In this document: piece after piece, positions 10,239 through 20,133 of the stretch
Layout of the letters: each line of letters starts with the position of its first letter
How positions within the stretch are numbered: position 1 is the stretch's first letter
NCBI GenBank assembly: GCA_977017575.1
Contig: CDRNVI010000044.1
Coordinates: 124,001 to 188,000, forward strand
Direction: 5' to 3'
DNA length: 64,000 bases
Source: Paramoeba atlantica
Taxonomy: Eukaryota > Protista > Discosea
The notes under the pieces: model-generated
What the model was told of the DNA's origin: nothing
The model's database searches: none
The model's input: the letters and a program-made list of their open reading frames with translations, nothing else
Program-made: the position numbers and the translations under genes

Positions 10239-11384
10239 ATGTAGGCTTCTGTTGCGAGCCTTTATCTATTATGGCAAGAAAAGAACTTGCATGGAGAAAA
10301 AGATACCGTGGTCAAAAGGGACTCTTTTTCCCCCCAAAAAAATTAACTTCGTACTTCCCTTAATAAAATATACCAAACAAGAAAATGTATGAGCTCTATC
10401 TTGGTTCTGGTTCTGAGCCTGGACAATAATTTCAAATTCCTTAAACAGCGGATTACAAGAACTCCTTAATTCACATCGTACGGTACAGGCTTCTATCATC
10501 ACTTCATCCAAGGTTCCCAACTACAAAAAGTGATACTGTCATACATTTTACAGCCTGTGTAAAGAAAAAAGATAGGGCGGAGTCGTGTAAGTAGCAAAAA
10601 TACGATGTTTAATCACTCGCTTGGATAATGGTGAGTCTGTAGTTAGTATCTGTAGATATGTGCGGGTTTCTGTGAATCGCTGTGGGCTGCTGTGATTCGC
10701 TGTGAGTAGCTGTGAGTATTTTTCAAGTAGCTGTGAATACTTTCAATGACTTCAAAGAACGCAGAAAAGGTCATGCGGCGTTTCTGCACCACTGAAAATG
10801 GCATCCTTAGCCAAATATAAACGATCGCGCCGAACAGTGTAGCCCTCAAGCAGATGCCCTATCTGGTGGTGTATCATTGCCATTCGTTCATCCCTTTGCT
10901 CTTTAACACTCTTCGATGCAGTTCCCTTAACGTTACCCACATGCGGCGCAACGTTTTCGACAGAACAGGGATGTTGCCAGAGGGAAGCTCACGACGAAAA
11001 TATTCCGCAACAGAAGTTGCCGCACGACGATAAACTTTCGACTTACCCACAGTAAAGCTCCGCTGTATTATGCAGAGCACCTGGGCCACAAGTGCGAATG
11101 TCAGTTTCCGTTGGCATACTGTCCACCCTTCGTAGACACAACATGCTTCTTGGACTCTTTTTTTGGTCTAACCCACGCTTCTTCGGGGCCCAAGGTGTGC
11201 TGATCTTGTGGCTTATTGCAAGAAGGGCAAATGTTGCATCCAACAGGCACACAAGTGAAGTGCATTGCTCACTGGTGTGCTCGTTGCCGCAATCAAGGCA
11301 AAAGGAGGGAGTCCGAGCACGGAACTGCGTCACCTTATCGCAGTGAAAACAGTGTAAACGCACGTATAGTTCAGTCCTTGTGGG

Positions 11385-11454
11385 GGTTGTTTACAACCTG
11401 TGCCTCTCCCCTCTTTATGGTGTCCGGGGGAGGGTGGATCCAGCAGGGTGAGAA
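11385..11454. repeat. 70-bp interspersed repeat, copy B
   Basis: 66/70 identical to the reverse complement of 2900-2969. Confidence 0.9.
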
Positions 11455-11530
11455 AAGGGGGCCCAGCCCCCCCCTCTATCCTCGATTCGGGCACATATCA
11501 CGATGCTTAAACGTAGGTCGCGGGACTCGA

Positions 11531-11603
11531 ACCCAGGTAGCCCAGTTGGTAAGACCTGCCGTTCATAATCTGGTGGTCGCAGGTTCGACTCCGGGCGGAT
11601 GTA
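11531..11603 (+). ncRNA. tRNA(CAT)-like Pol III element or tRNA pseudogene with intact A/B boxes and broken stems
   Basis: Fits 73-nt tRNA numbering without gaps. A box TAGCCCAGTTGG, TT-CAT-AA loop, B box GGTTCGACTCC, TTTT at 11604-11607. Most stem pairs are lost. Confidence 0.5.
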
Positions 11604-12124
11604 TTTTCAGCCATAAGCGGCGTAGTTAGTCGGAAGCAATTTGCGAAGCCGAAGGGGGGTATGGCGAGAGCCCGCGTGAGCGGGCCATACACTGCGTCGT
11701 TAGTGGGAAGCAATTTGCGAAGCCCGTTTACCAACAACTACCGCTTTTTAACGAAGCAGCTAGCACACCGACATTACTTATAAATAAGAAAATCTTCTAG
11801 AAAAAGATTTAGAGAAGGTAAATTCTATTTTTACACCAAATAACTTTTGAACAAGAAGTCTAGAACACAGTGCAATTCTGTATGGAATAGCAGAAACTTT
11901 GAGTACCTGTAGATCGCTGTGAGTCGCTGTGAGTAGCTGTGAGTATTTTTTTGCGACGAAAAATTGCGAACTAGAGACTCACCAATACTGAAATCTTGTT
12001 TGAAAAACCGCCATGAAAACAATTTAAGTTTTTTTCGGGGGAAAAAAAGTCCCCTTTCACCGATGCCGTTTCTGTACTGATTTCCAGGTCGCAAAGTGTT
12101 TCTATTTTGGGCGCGCTCAACGAC

Positions 12125-12258
12125 ACTTACCCCCCTATTATTTGTTATTTGTCACACACCGAACGCCACCCCCCTAGTTATTTGTCACATACCCAACCCC
12201 CCTACTTATTTGTCACTTTTCTCCAAAAAGGGGTGACAAATAAGTACGGGGGGTATAG
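12125..12258. mobile_element. About 135-bp MITE of the CTRT..CCCCCC family
   Basis: Three direct CCCCCCTA..TATTTGTCAC copies and one inverted copy ending GGGGGGTATAG|TA. The left terminus is degenerate. Confidence 0.5.
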
Positions 12259-12533
12259 TATCTATATCGTGGTTTACAACACCTCTTTCGTATCCCATTT
12301 AAAGTAGAAAAAACTTCGCTTGGTATTAAGGAGCTCATCTTCTCGGCACCGCATGTAATTTTCTTTATTCGATCATGGGATGAGAATTCAATCCGCGCCG
12401 GGCTTCGCTGGATAGCGATGTGATCGCCATACAGATGTTTGTTCGAGGAAATTTGGAGCAAGGTCGAAATTGTACCGGATTTAGATGGCTTGCCTAGTGA
12501 TACAGACACTAGCGCACAGGAGCTCACAATATA

Positions 12534-13309
12534 CAGGGGGTGGCACGAAAATATGGGGAGGGTCAAATTTTTTATAACTTATCCAATTTTGAAAAGTAGC
12601 AACGCATTCGAGAGCTCTCGCAGAGATACGTGTCACCTGATAATGCGTTTCCCGTATCCAGGGGGGTAGGTCCCTATGCCAAAGGGGCTGAAAACACCAA
12701 TTGCAAGTTTTAAAATTTGAAAAATATCTCGTTTATATCCATTTAATATCCTCCATATTTTTGTTAATGTAATCTTAATACGAGTTGGAACTGTCCTTAA
12801 AGTGTCTAAAAATGATTTTTTCTGTTCTCCTTTCAACAATCCAATCCCATATGCGATCGCCGATCGCAACTCTGACCGATTTGTGGGGCATAATGAGCTT
12901 TTGTGGGCATCAGTTATCCCACAAATATTTTCTTCATACTTCCTTACTAAAAGTATGTGGTGGGTGACTTTAAGCTGTCCTCGAGTACTGTAACAATTCC
13001 GATCACGGTGCTGTACACCCGTGCTATTGGAATATCCTGTTTCTGTGGGATAACGAAGCGGAAAGGTAAAAAAATAGAAGGAAACTACCCAAAATATCGA
13101 AAAAATCGAAGAATCTGAAGAAAATTGCAAGTTCCAAAAACGTATTTTTTTTGTCCCGAAATAAAAAAATTTAAAACACGGGAAACGCAGTATCAGGTGA
13201 CACGTACATGTGGATATCTCCGCGAGAGCTCTCGAATGCGGTGCTACTTTCCAAAATTGGACAATTTATAAGAATTTTGACGCCCCCCATATTTTTGCGC
13301 CACCCCCTG
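12534..13309. mobile_element. Non-autonomous Tc1-related element (MITE, 776 bp)
   Basis: Imperfect TIRs 12534-12655 and 13178-13309 (10-bp insert in the right arm) begin CAGGGGGTGGC. TA at 12532-12533 and 13310-13311. The TIR core TCCAATTTTG.AAA..GCATT.GA.AGCTCTC is shared with the 438-1976 element. No transposase. Confidence 0.88.
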
Positions 13310-14322
13310 TAAATCAAAGGAAGCTTGAGAGTCGCATCCTTTTATGGTCGGAGACTACTAGGCTGAGGACCATCTCTAGAACCATCTCTAGGATCGGTTG
13401 CAGGAAAACGCAAAAGTAAGCGGTGAAAAGTGTAGAGCCTTGTTATTGTATGTGTGTATAATGCCATTGTTATTGGACTGCTGTTGGACTTGGCCGTTTG
13501 ACTCCGAAGAATTATGACCCCTCGACTCTCTAAGTGGGAAAGCCCGATAAATCGGACGAAGTTAGTCGCAGCAAGCTGTGACTCGCGCCCCACTTGAAGA
13601 GACCATTAGTGAATGCCATTAGTGCTTTTAACGATTCCAGACAAGCGATTGGCAGTGGTCTTGTAGGAAAGTAGCTCGGAGGCTTCCGCGTAGAATAATC
13701 GCTGAAATTTCTTTCGCGCATTTTTCGAAAATTCAGACCCCCTTTTAAACTTCCGAAGTCTATATGCCTCTAAAATAGTACCTTTTCCTGCCTACAGCCC
13801 AAAAAGTAAGACAAAAAAAGAGCCTTTTTTACGATTTTCGGTACTTTTTGCCCCAAATTTCAATGTTTTGTAAATAAAAAGTATCTGATTAGTAGAAGCG
13901 GGCTCTAAATAGCGTAGACACGATATTCAGAGCGAGATCTCTCGTTTGTAAAAAAAATTGGCTCAAACGGGCTCATAAGGCTAAAAGGCAAAGTCATGAA
14001 AAGCTAGTCAGTTTTCGTGGCCCACCATATATACTTCCAAAGGTCAGGTTCCAACGTTTATACTTCTAAAAGCACCGAAACCGGCGGAATTATAAAGGGG
14101 GGGTAACAGTATGATTTTTTATAAATTTGTCACTTTTTAGAACGGTAATTTTTATTTTGCTGTCACGTTCAACAATCTAAAGATTCATCAAACATTGAAT
14201 CAAGTAGGTACCTTAGCTTCAAAGTTCAAGTTAGATCAAGTTCAGACTCAAAATTAACCTATTTTTGTTGCAATATGTAGTATTTTGGATTTTTGTTTTT
14301 GTGCTTGAATTGTCAGGAAATA

Positions 14323-15489
14323 ATGGGTTTCCGGAGAATGAAGATGTATAATCCTTCGACGTTTATTAATTTTTGCACCAGGACAAGGCTGCAAGAAAGG
14401 AGGAATATTCATTGTGGAGGATTGAATTCTTTCAGACAGATAACAACTCCTTTTTTCTGGTGTTTAGGGGATAAGCTAATTATTAGTCAAGGTGCTTTAT
14501 CGACGAGCCACCTGATTGAATCCAAAGACACCAAAAACATGGGACACACACCGCGTTTTCCCGCAAATTTTGAGACTGTCATGCGCAACAAAGCAATCAT
14601 GTCCAGTTTTACACCTTACATCTCGAAGGATATTAAAGTAGGGAATTCATTTGGAAAAGGAAGGGGGCTATTCGCCATGCGCAATTTAGCTTACGATAAA
14701 GAAATCATGCGACTCTGTGCATTTTCATGCCAAGGTGATGGTAGTTCTTTACACAATCAAGTTATGCGTTGTGTACACGATACTCTCAAAGTGTTGAACG
14801 ACCTAATAGATGTCAAGTGTTGCGATGAAAAGTCGAACAAGTCGAACGTCTCATCAAATTTTCTCGTTTTTTGGTATTACATACGTGGCGTACTGAACTT
14901 GCTATGTCAAAAGGAGAGGGTTCCGATAATTACCCAATACGAAGCTTCGCAGATACTGAAAGAGTTTCCAAAATTGGACAACTTTTTGAGCTTAGAGGGA
15001 AATCCCACGGAAGTTGTTCTACGAATCGCGTCTGTGTACGAGTTTTGCCGATTCGATACGCTGTATGCCGGACGAAACGGTCGCGCAATTTTTCCGGAGG
15101 CCTCCCTATTCAATCATTCTTGTTCGCCTAATGTAGGCATTGAAATCATATGCCCTATCGAGGCCGGAATGCTCGATGTAGCAAGCCCGAGGGCTACTTT
15201 TGGGCTTGTTGCCCGTACTCTCCGTCCGATCGACGCGGGTGAGGAACTCTTCGTTACTTATTTGTCTGACTCGAGTCGTCCTATTTCGCTCCAGCAAGAA
15301 TATTTAAAACAACGTTGGCATTTTGAATGCGATTGTTCCAAATGCCGTGCGCGACAAACTAGTTCTACGTTTGTAGTGGTTGTAATTTCTATGTCACTTG
15401 TGTATTGGGGCTACAAAAAACTAGTTTCATACTTTTTGATGTCAAAAGAAAAGGAACTAATTTTAGATCCACATGAAACTGCCACTTAG
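14323..15489 (+). CDS. SMYD-like SET-domain protein with C-terminal hydrophobic segment
   Basis: GKGRGLFA, IFPEASLFNHSCSPN, IDAGEELFVTY, post-SET FECDCSKC, then TFVVVVISMSLVYW. The start could alternatively be the ATG at 14539. Confidence 0.85.
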   Translation: MGFRRMKMYNPSTFINFCTRTRLQERRNIHCGGLNSFRQITTPFFWCLGDKLIISQGALSTSHLIESKDTKNMGHTPRFPANFETVMRNKAIMSSFTPYISKDIKVGNSFGKGRGLFAMRNLAYDKEIMRLCAFSCQGDGSSLHNQVMRCVHDTLKVLNDLIDVKCCDEKSNKSNVSSNFLVFWYYIRGVLNLLCQKERVPIITQYEASQILKEFPKLDNFLSLEGNPTEVVLRIASVYEFCRFDTLYAGRNGRAIFPEASLFNHSCSPNVGIEIICPIEAGMLDVASPRATFGLVARTLRPIDAGEELFVTYLSDSSRPISLQQEYLKQRWHFECDCSKCRARQTSSTFVVVVISMSLVYWGYKKLVSYFLMSKEKELILDPHETAT

Positions 15490-16406
15490 TCCGCTTGTGA
15501 GCGCTGCACTCTGTGGAATAGTGATCGACCGCCTGCTAGGGAAGATAGTGCCAATGTGACCTTTGTATACCCCCTAAAGACATTACTAATCGCTGTCGCA
15601 AATGTTGGGTAACCGGCACTATAAATATAGGTTAAAATCCATTTTTTTCTGATGATTTTTTTCCGCTCGAAAAAACTTTTACGTGACTTTTTAAAACGTT
15701 TCCACTCATACTCATGACGTTCCAACTTATATTTCAATGCCTGGAATACTCAATGGACCGCCCAGGATATACTACATTGGTCTACTACATTGGTCTACTT
15801 GGTATTGGTGACCTGTAAAAAGGATATGGTGCGCTCCCAGGCGCTCCCAGACACTCCCATCCAGTTTGAACCCTCTTGGAAGCCACCACGGCTACCCCCT
15901 TCGCGTTGAGAACTGCTTCCGCGTTTAATGAAGAGACTAAAAAGGAAAAAATTGCGAAACGATCCAGAATAATCCAACTTTTGGTACAAATACCCGATTC
16001 TCCCCATATTTCGTATTCTCCCCATATTTCGGACGTTTTTTGGGGTCTTACCATTAGAGGTAGGGGGCACATCTGATCGAAAAAACGTGTGGTCTGGCAA
16101 GTAAACTAAAAAAATAAATAAGAAAAGAGATCAACGAAAGATCAAAAACTTTTTCCTGAGTCCTTTTGGGCATGATTGTTCAAACAAATTTTACTTGTTT
16201 TCAACCTACATTTATAGTGCCGGTGAACCCAAATGTTTAACAAACATATATTTTGGAAGATTACAAATATTGGAATATGTATCGGGGGTTTATATAATTT
16301 TGTACACATAATAATTTGAAATTATTTATTTCTACACATGACATTTTCTTCTACGCATATTATTTTGTACACACACGTATAAATACGGGCATATGATGTT
16401 AGGTTA

Positions 16407-18827
16407 ATGGACATTTCTTTTTCAAAGCCACACCAAGTTTTAGTGGTACTAGACCTGAACAGTTGTCTTGATAGTGAAACCAAGGACCTGGTTACGTCGT
16501 GCGGGACGTGGAAGTTGTCGGACGTATGGGAAATGTTTCTCAATGAGGTAATGTTAGACGACGCGGGCCAGGAACGTACCAGCATAAGTGTGTGTCTAGT
16601 GTTGTGTGTAACGAATAAGTTATCAAATAATTTAAGAGTGGAAAAAGTGGTCTCGTCGAACGGATATGAGAGCCGTTTTCACTCTTTATTCTGCAGCACG
16701 AACGCTCCTAAGGATGGCATTCGATTCTGGCGTTCCGTCGAAAACACGATCAAAAAACAATGTGCACGCTGGAGCGAAGCAAGAACAATAGGATCTTTTG
16801 ATTGCACAATATTGATTGACGATTTTACTTTACGAGACCGATTTCGATCATTGCAGGAAAAGCGTTCCGTTTCTCTGGGAGAAGCTTTTCTCGAAATCGC
16901 TGCCGCACAAAAGTTCCACGATCGCGTTATTCATGTGCTAACAGCTATGCAAAAGAATGACCAGAGGAACACGAAGTTGTCTGTTAACTTGCGCCAAACA
17001 ACAAGAAAAAGGGACGCCGAGCGTTTCGCGTATGAGAAAAGCAAACAGAAAACGCTTTGTCTTAGCACATGGAAGTCACTCTTTCGTTTTTTAAACAGCC
17101 CTACGAACTTTAGCGACATTGCCTGCCCCTCTTGCTTGCATCGATGTATTGCGCACGATGAACACCAAGGCAGGGTCCATACATATTGGGTATCGTATGA
17201 CCACGGCCTTTCCATCCTTGCTAAATGTATTAAATCTTTCACTCGAACTAAAACCTTGAACCGTTCTATTCGCCTAGACCTCGAAAGGAACCCCACACCT
17301 CTGCATCCCCTCCTCGGTTCCTTAACACGGCTGGTCTGTTCAAGTCGCATCAAGCTCCCCTTCACAAACACAACCCCTGACAACGTGCTCGACCTCCGTT
17401 CCCATTCTCACCTCGTGCGCTCCACCGTCTTTGACGCCTTTCTCTATCTCAACAGCCCTTGCCATCCCCTCACCCCCACCCCTACCCCCGACACCACCCT
17501 CTGGAATCGACTCCGAAACCAACCCCGCTCCACTTTCCTCCCCCCTCCCCTGTTTGTGTGTGCGGACGGAGCCCTTCACACCCCTTTCCTCACACCCCCA
17601 GATGTCGTGGTGGGGGATTTTGACTCCCTAACCTATGCCTCCCTCCCCTCCCCGCCCCCCTCCCACTCCCCGCTCCATTTCGAACACTGTCCCGAACAAA
17701 ACTCTACGGATTTAGAAAAATCTTTATACTATATCTATGAGTGGTATCAAAAGCAACAACAACAACAACAACAAGAACAAGAAGAAGACCGCAACAACCA
17801 AGAACAAAACACCCATCAACAACAACAACAACAGGAAGAACAAACCACACAAGAACGACCACAAACAACTACACAAGAACCACAACAATACTCACGACAA
17901 ACCCGTATCAAAAACATACCACCACAACCACAACCACAAACTTCACAACCACAAACTTCACAACCACAAACTTCTCAACCACAAACTTCTCAACCACAAC
18001 CACAAATTTCTCAACCACAAACTTCACAACCACAAACTTCACAACCACAACCACAAACTTCACAACCACAAACTTCACAACCACAAACTTCACAACCACA
18101 AACTTCACAACCACAAACTTTTCAACCACAAACTTCTCAACCACAACCACAGCCACCACCACAAACTTCACCACCACCACAAACTCTACCCCTCCCCCTC
18201 CCCCTCCCCCTCCCCCTCCCCCCTCCCCGTGTGTTGCTCCTTAACGCGGGCAGCCCCCCCGCCCACGCCCCCCCCACCCGCGTGGACCACACCCTCAACC
18301 TCTACCACGCCCTGCTCGCGTGGTCCCCGTGGCTCTCCCCGCTCGCGTGTGTGGGGCACGGCGCCGCGTACGTCGCCCCGCTGCGCCCCGGCACGCGGTA
18401 CTGGTGGAGGCTCCCGGAGGGGGCGTACTGCGGGGTGTACAGCATGGGGGGAGGGGGAGGGGGGTGTGGGGAAACCGTCGGGGTGGCGAGTACGGGGTTG
18501 GCCTACCCCTTGGATGGGGTGGGGTTTCATTTCGGGAGGTACCGGAGAGGGGGGGAGGGTACGGGGGTGTCGACCTCGAATAGGGTGGAGGTGGGGGCGG
18601 TGAGGCGGTGGAGGAGGTGGACACGGTGGAGGGAGGGGATGAGGAGGAGGTTGGAGCAGGCGGTGGGGGTGAACGTGGAGGAGGAGGGGGAGCGGGAGGT
18701 GGGGGGGTGTAGGCATGAGGGGATGACAGGGGTGGTGTCGGTACAGACATGGCGGGTACCGGTGTTGTTTGTGGTGAGTGCGGGGGATCCGAAGGAAAAT
18801 AAAAAGAAAGAGAAAAAGGAGGGGTAA
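16407..18827 (+). CDS. TPK1: Thiamine pyrophosphokinase with N-terminal extension and Q/P-rich insertion
   Basis: CADGA, PDVVVGDFDSL, EQNSTDLEKSL, RVDHTLN, STGLAYPL, GVSTSNRV motifs. Confidence 0.8.
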   Translation: MDISFSKPHQVLVVLDLNSCLDSETKDLVTSCGTWKLSDVWEMFLNEVMLDDAGQERTSISVCLVLCVTNKLSNNLRVEKVVSSNGYESRFHSLFCSTNAPKDGIRFWRSVENTIKKQCARWSEARTIGSFDCTILIDDFTLRDRFRSLQEKRSVSLGEAFLEIAAAQKFHDRVIHVLTAMQKNDQRNTKLSVNLRQTTRKRDAERFAYEKSKQKTLCLSTWKSLFRFLNSPTNFSDIACPSCLHRCIAHDEHQGRVHTYWVSYDHGLSILAKCIKSFTRTKTLNRSIRLDLERNPTPLHPLLGSLTRLVCSSRIKLPFTNTTPDNVLDLRSHSHLVRSTVFDAFLYLNSPCHPLTPTPTPDTTLWNRLRNQPRSTFLPPPLFVCADGALHTPFLTPPDVVVGDFDSLTYASLPSPPPSHSPLHFEHCPEQNSTDLEKSLYYIYEWYQKQQQQQQQEQEEDRNNQEQNTHQQQQQQEEQTTQERPQTTTQEPQQYSRQTRIKNIPPQPQPQTSQPQTSQPQTSQPQTSQPQPQISQPQTSQPQTSQPQPQTSQPQTSQPQTSQPQTSQPQTFQPQTSQPQPQPPPQTSPPPQTLPLPLPLPLPLPPPRVLLLNAGSPPAHAPPTRVDHTLNLYHALLAWSPWLSPLACVGHGAAYVAPLRPGTRYWWRLPEGAYCGVYSMGGGGGGCGETVGVASTGLAYPLDGVGFHFGRYRRGGEGTGVSTSNRVEVGAVRRWRRWTRWREGMRRRLEQAVGVNVEEEGEREVGGCRHEGMTGVVSVQTWRVPVLFVVSAGDPKENKKKEKKEG
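17920..18185 (+). repeat. Coding 15-nt minisatellite (PQTSQ)n
   Basis: CCACAAACTTC(A/T)CAA tandem units, in frame within the TPK ORF, preceded by CAA poly-Q runs at about 17752-17835. Confidence 0.9.
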
Positions 18828-19058
18828 GATTGGAAATACCGAAAGTACATGCAACGGGGAGGAGGAGTTTCCATCAAAGTCTGGGTTGGGCAATAGGAAC
18901 GCGTTATTTGGAAAACTGTGCGTCGATACTTCATCCTCTTTTCTCCATAACTCTTTCCAAGAATACACCTTATTTTTGTTACTTTCACACATAAACAGAA
19001 TCACTAGCATAACTTTGTCCCTAATGCTACTCTCTCTCCCCCATGAGCATGTTCTGAG

Positions 19059-19847
19059 ATGATGAACGGCCAGACCTCGCCTCAACGGCGACGTGGGATC
19101 TCCTTTCGACAGGAGTACGCCTCAGGGGGTCACCTTGCCCCCCCTCCCCCCTCTACTCCCACTCGCTCCCGAGCGCCCTCCATGGCCCATGATGCCACCT
19201 CGGAGTACATTCTCCCCTCCCCGGAGGCTGCCGATGAGAATAAATACACTGTCGTGCTGGACCTCGATGAGACACTGATCTACGCCCGAGAGGGACCGCT
19301 GTACGCCCGCCCCGGCCTGGAGGATTTCCTCACCGACCTCAGCGAGAACTGTGAGATTGTGGTGTGGACTGCCGGACTGCGGGCCTACGCCCAGGCGATT
19401 ATCCGCCACGTCGACCCGTTAAGTAAGATTCGACACTGTATTTATCGTCATGCCAAGTGGTTTACCGGAAAGGCCGGATACCGGAAGGATTTACGCACCC
19501 TCGGGCGCACCCTGGAGAAGACGATTATTATTGAAAACACCCCGGATTGTATCCGTGGGTATCAGCAAAACGGCGTCCTGGTGTCGGATTACGAAGGTGG
19601 GGAGCACCCGGATTACACTATCCCGGCGCTCTCGTCCCTGGTCTCGGCTTTGATCGAGAGTAGCCTCAGTGTGCAGGACTTTTTAGAGTCCAATGAGATG
19701 CTCGAAAAGATTTCAGTAAAGACGGATGTTGGGGACTACATTCAGTGTTACGCGTTAAACGTTAACGAGTGGAGACCGAAAGCGGAACGTACGAACCGCG
19801 ATCTTGAAAAGAGTACAGAGCAAGAGAAGAATGCTTTCATAGAATAA
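19059..19847 (+). CDS. NIF/SCP-family CTD-like HAD phosphatase
   Basis: VVLDLDETLIY (DxDxT), RPGLEDFL, VVWTAG, KDLRTLGR, IIIENTP. Confidence 0.9.
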   Translation: MMNGQTSPQRRRGISFRQEYASGGHLAPPPPSTPTRSRAPSMAHDATSEYILPSPEAADENKYTVVLDLDETLIYAREGPLYARPGLEDFLTDLSENCEIVVWTAGLRAYAQAIIRHVDPLSKIRHCIYRHAKWFTGKAGYRKDLRTLGRTLEKTIIIENTPDCIRGYQQNGVLVSDYEGGEHPDYTIPALSSLVSALIESSLSVQDFLESNEMLEKISVKTDVGDYIQCYALNVNEWRPKAERTNRDLEKSTEQEKNAFIE

Positions 19848-20133
19848 GAAATATAATCAGAGGTGGTACACCGTTCTTGTGACCTTCTTGTCTTACCATT
19901 TTCTGATAAAACATTAGAGATAACTCTTCTTGATAATTTTTGAAATAAATACGTGACGGACCCCTTGAAAATTTGTATGTGACTGAAGGCCCCGGGACGG
20001 GTTCTTTGAAATCCATCGCTCTGTTTTAATGTTTTAAGTACATCTGTTGCAAATACCTTTTCTATTTTGTTTTTTAACACTTTCCTTCGTCGACGAACCT
20101 TCCACCCATTTCTTTCTTTACTTTCTCACCCCG

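Noticed and set aside
11670-11765. Helitron 3' end (GCCCGC-GTGA-GCGGGC hairpin, GGAAGCAATTTGCGAAGCC x2)
   Set aside because: No CTRR at the expected short distance after the hairpin, and no matching 5' TC end identified.
12068-12078. GTTTCTGTACT, matching the core of the kinetoplastid spliced leader
   Set aside because: Only 11 nt match. The upstream AACTAACGCT-like part and the downstream TTG/GT donor are absent.
15831-15856. GCGCTCCCAG(G/A)C(G/A)CTC motif also seen inverted at 46785-46800
   Set aside because: 15/16 match only, too short to define an element on its own.
17737-18750. Long alternative-frame ORFs (poly-N/H, poly-T, poly-V, poly-P), and similar ones at 25535-26190, 33414-34341 and 57364-59010
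   Set aside because: Shadow frames of low-complexity or strongly skewed coding DNA that lacks stop codons. No independent motifs.
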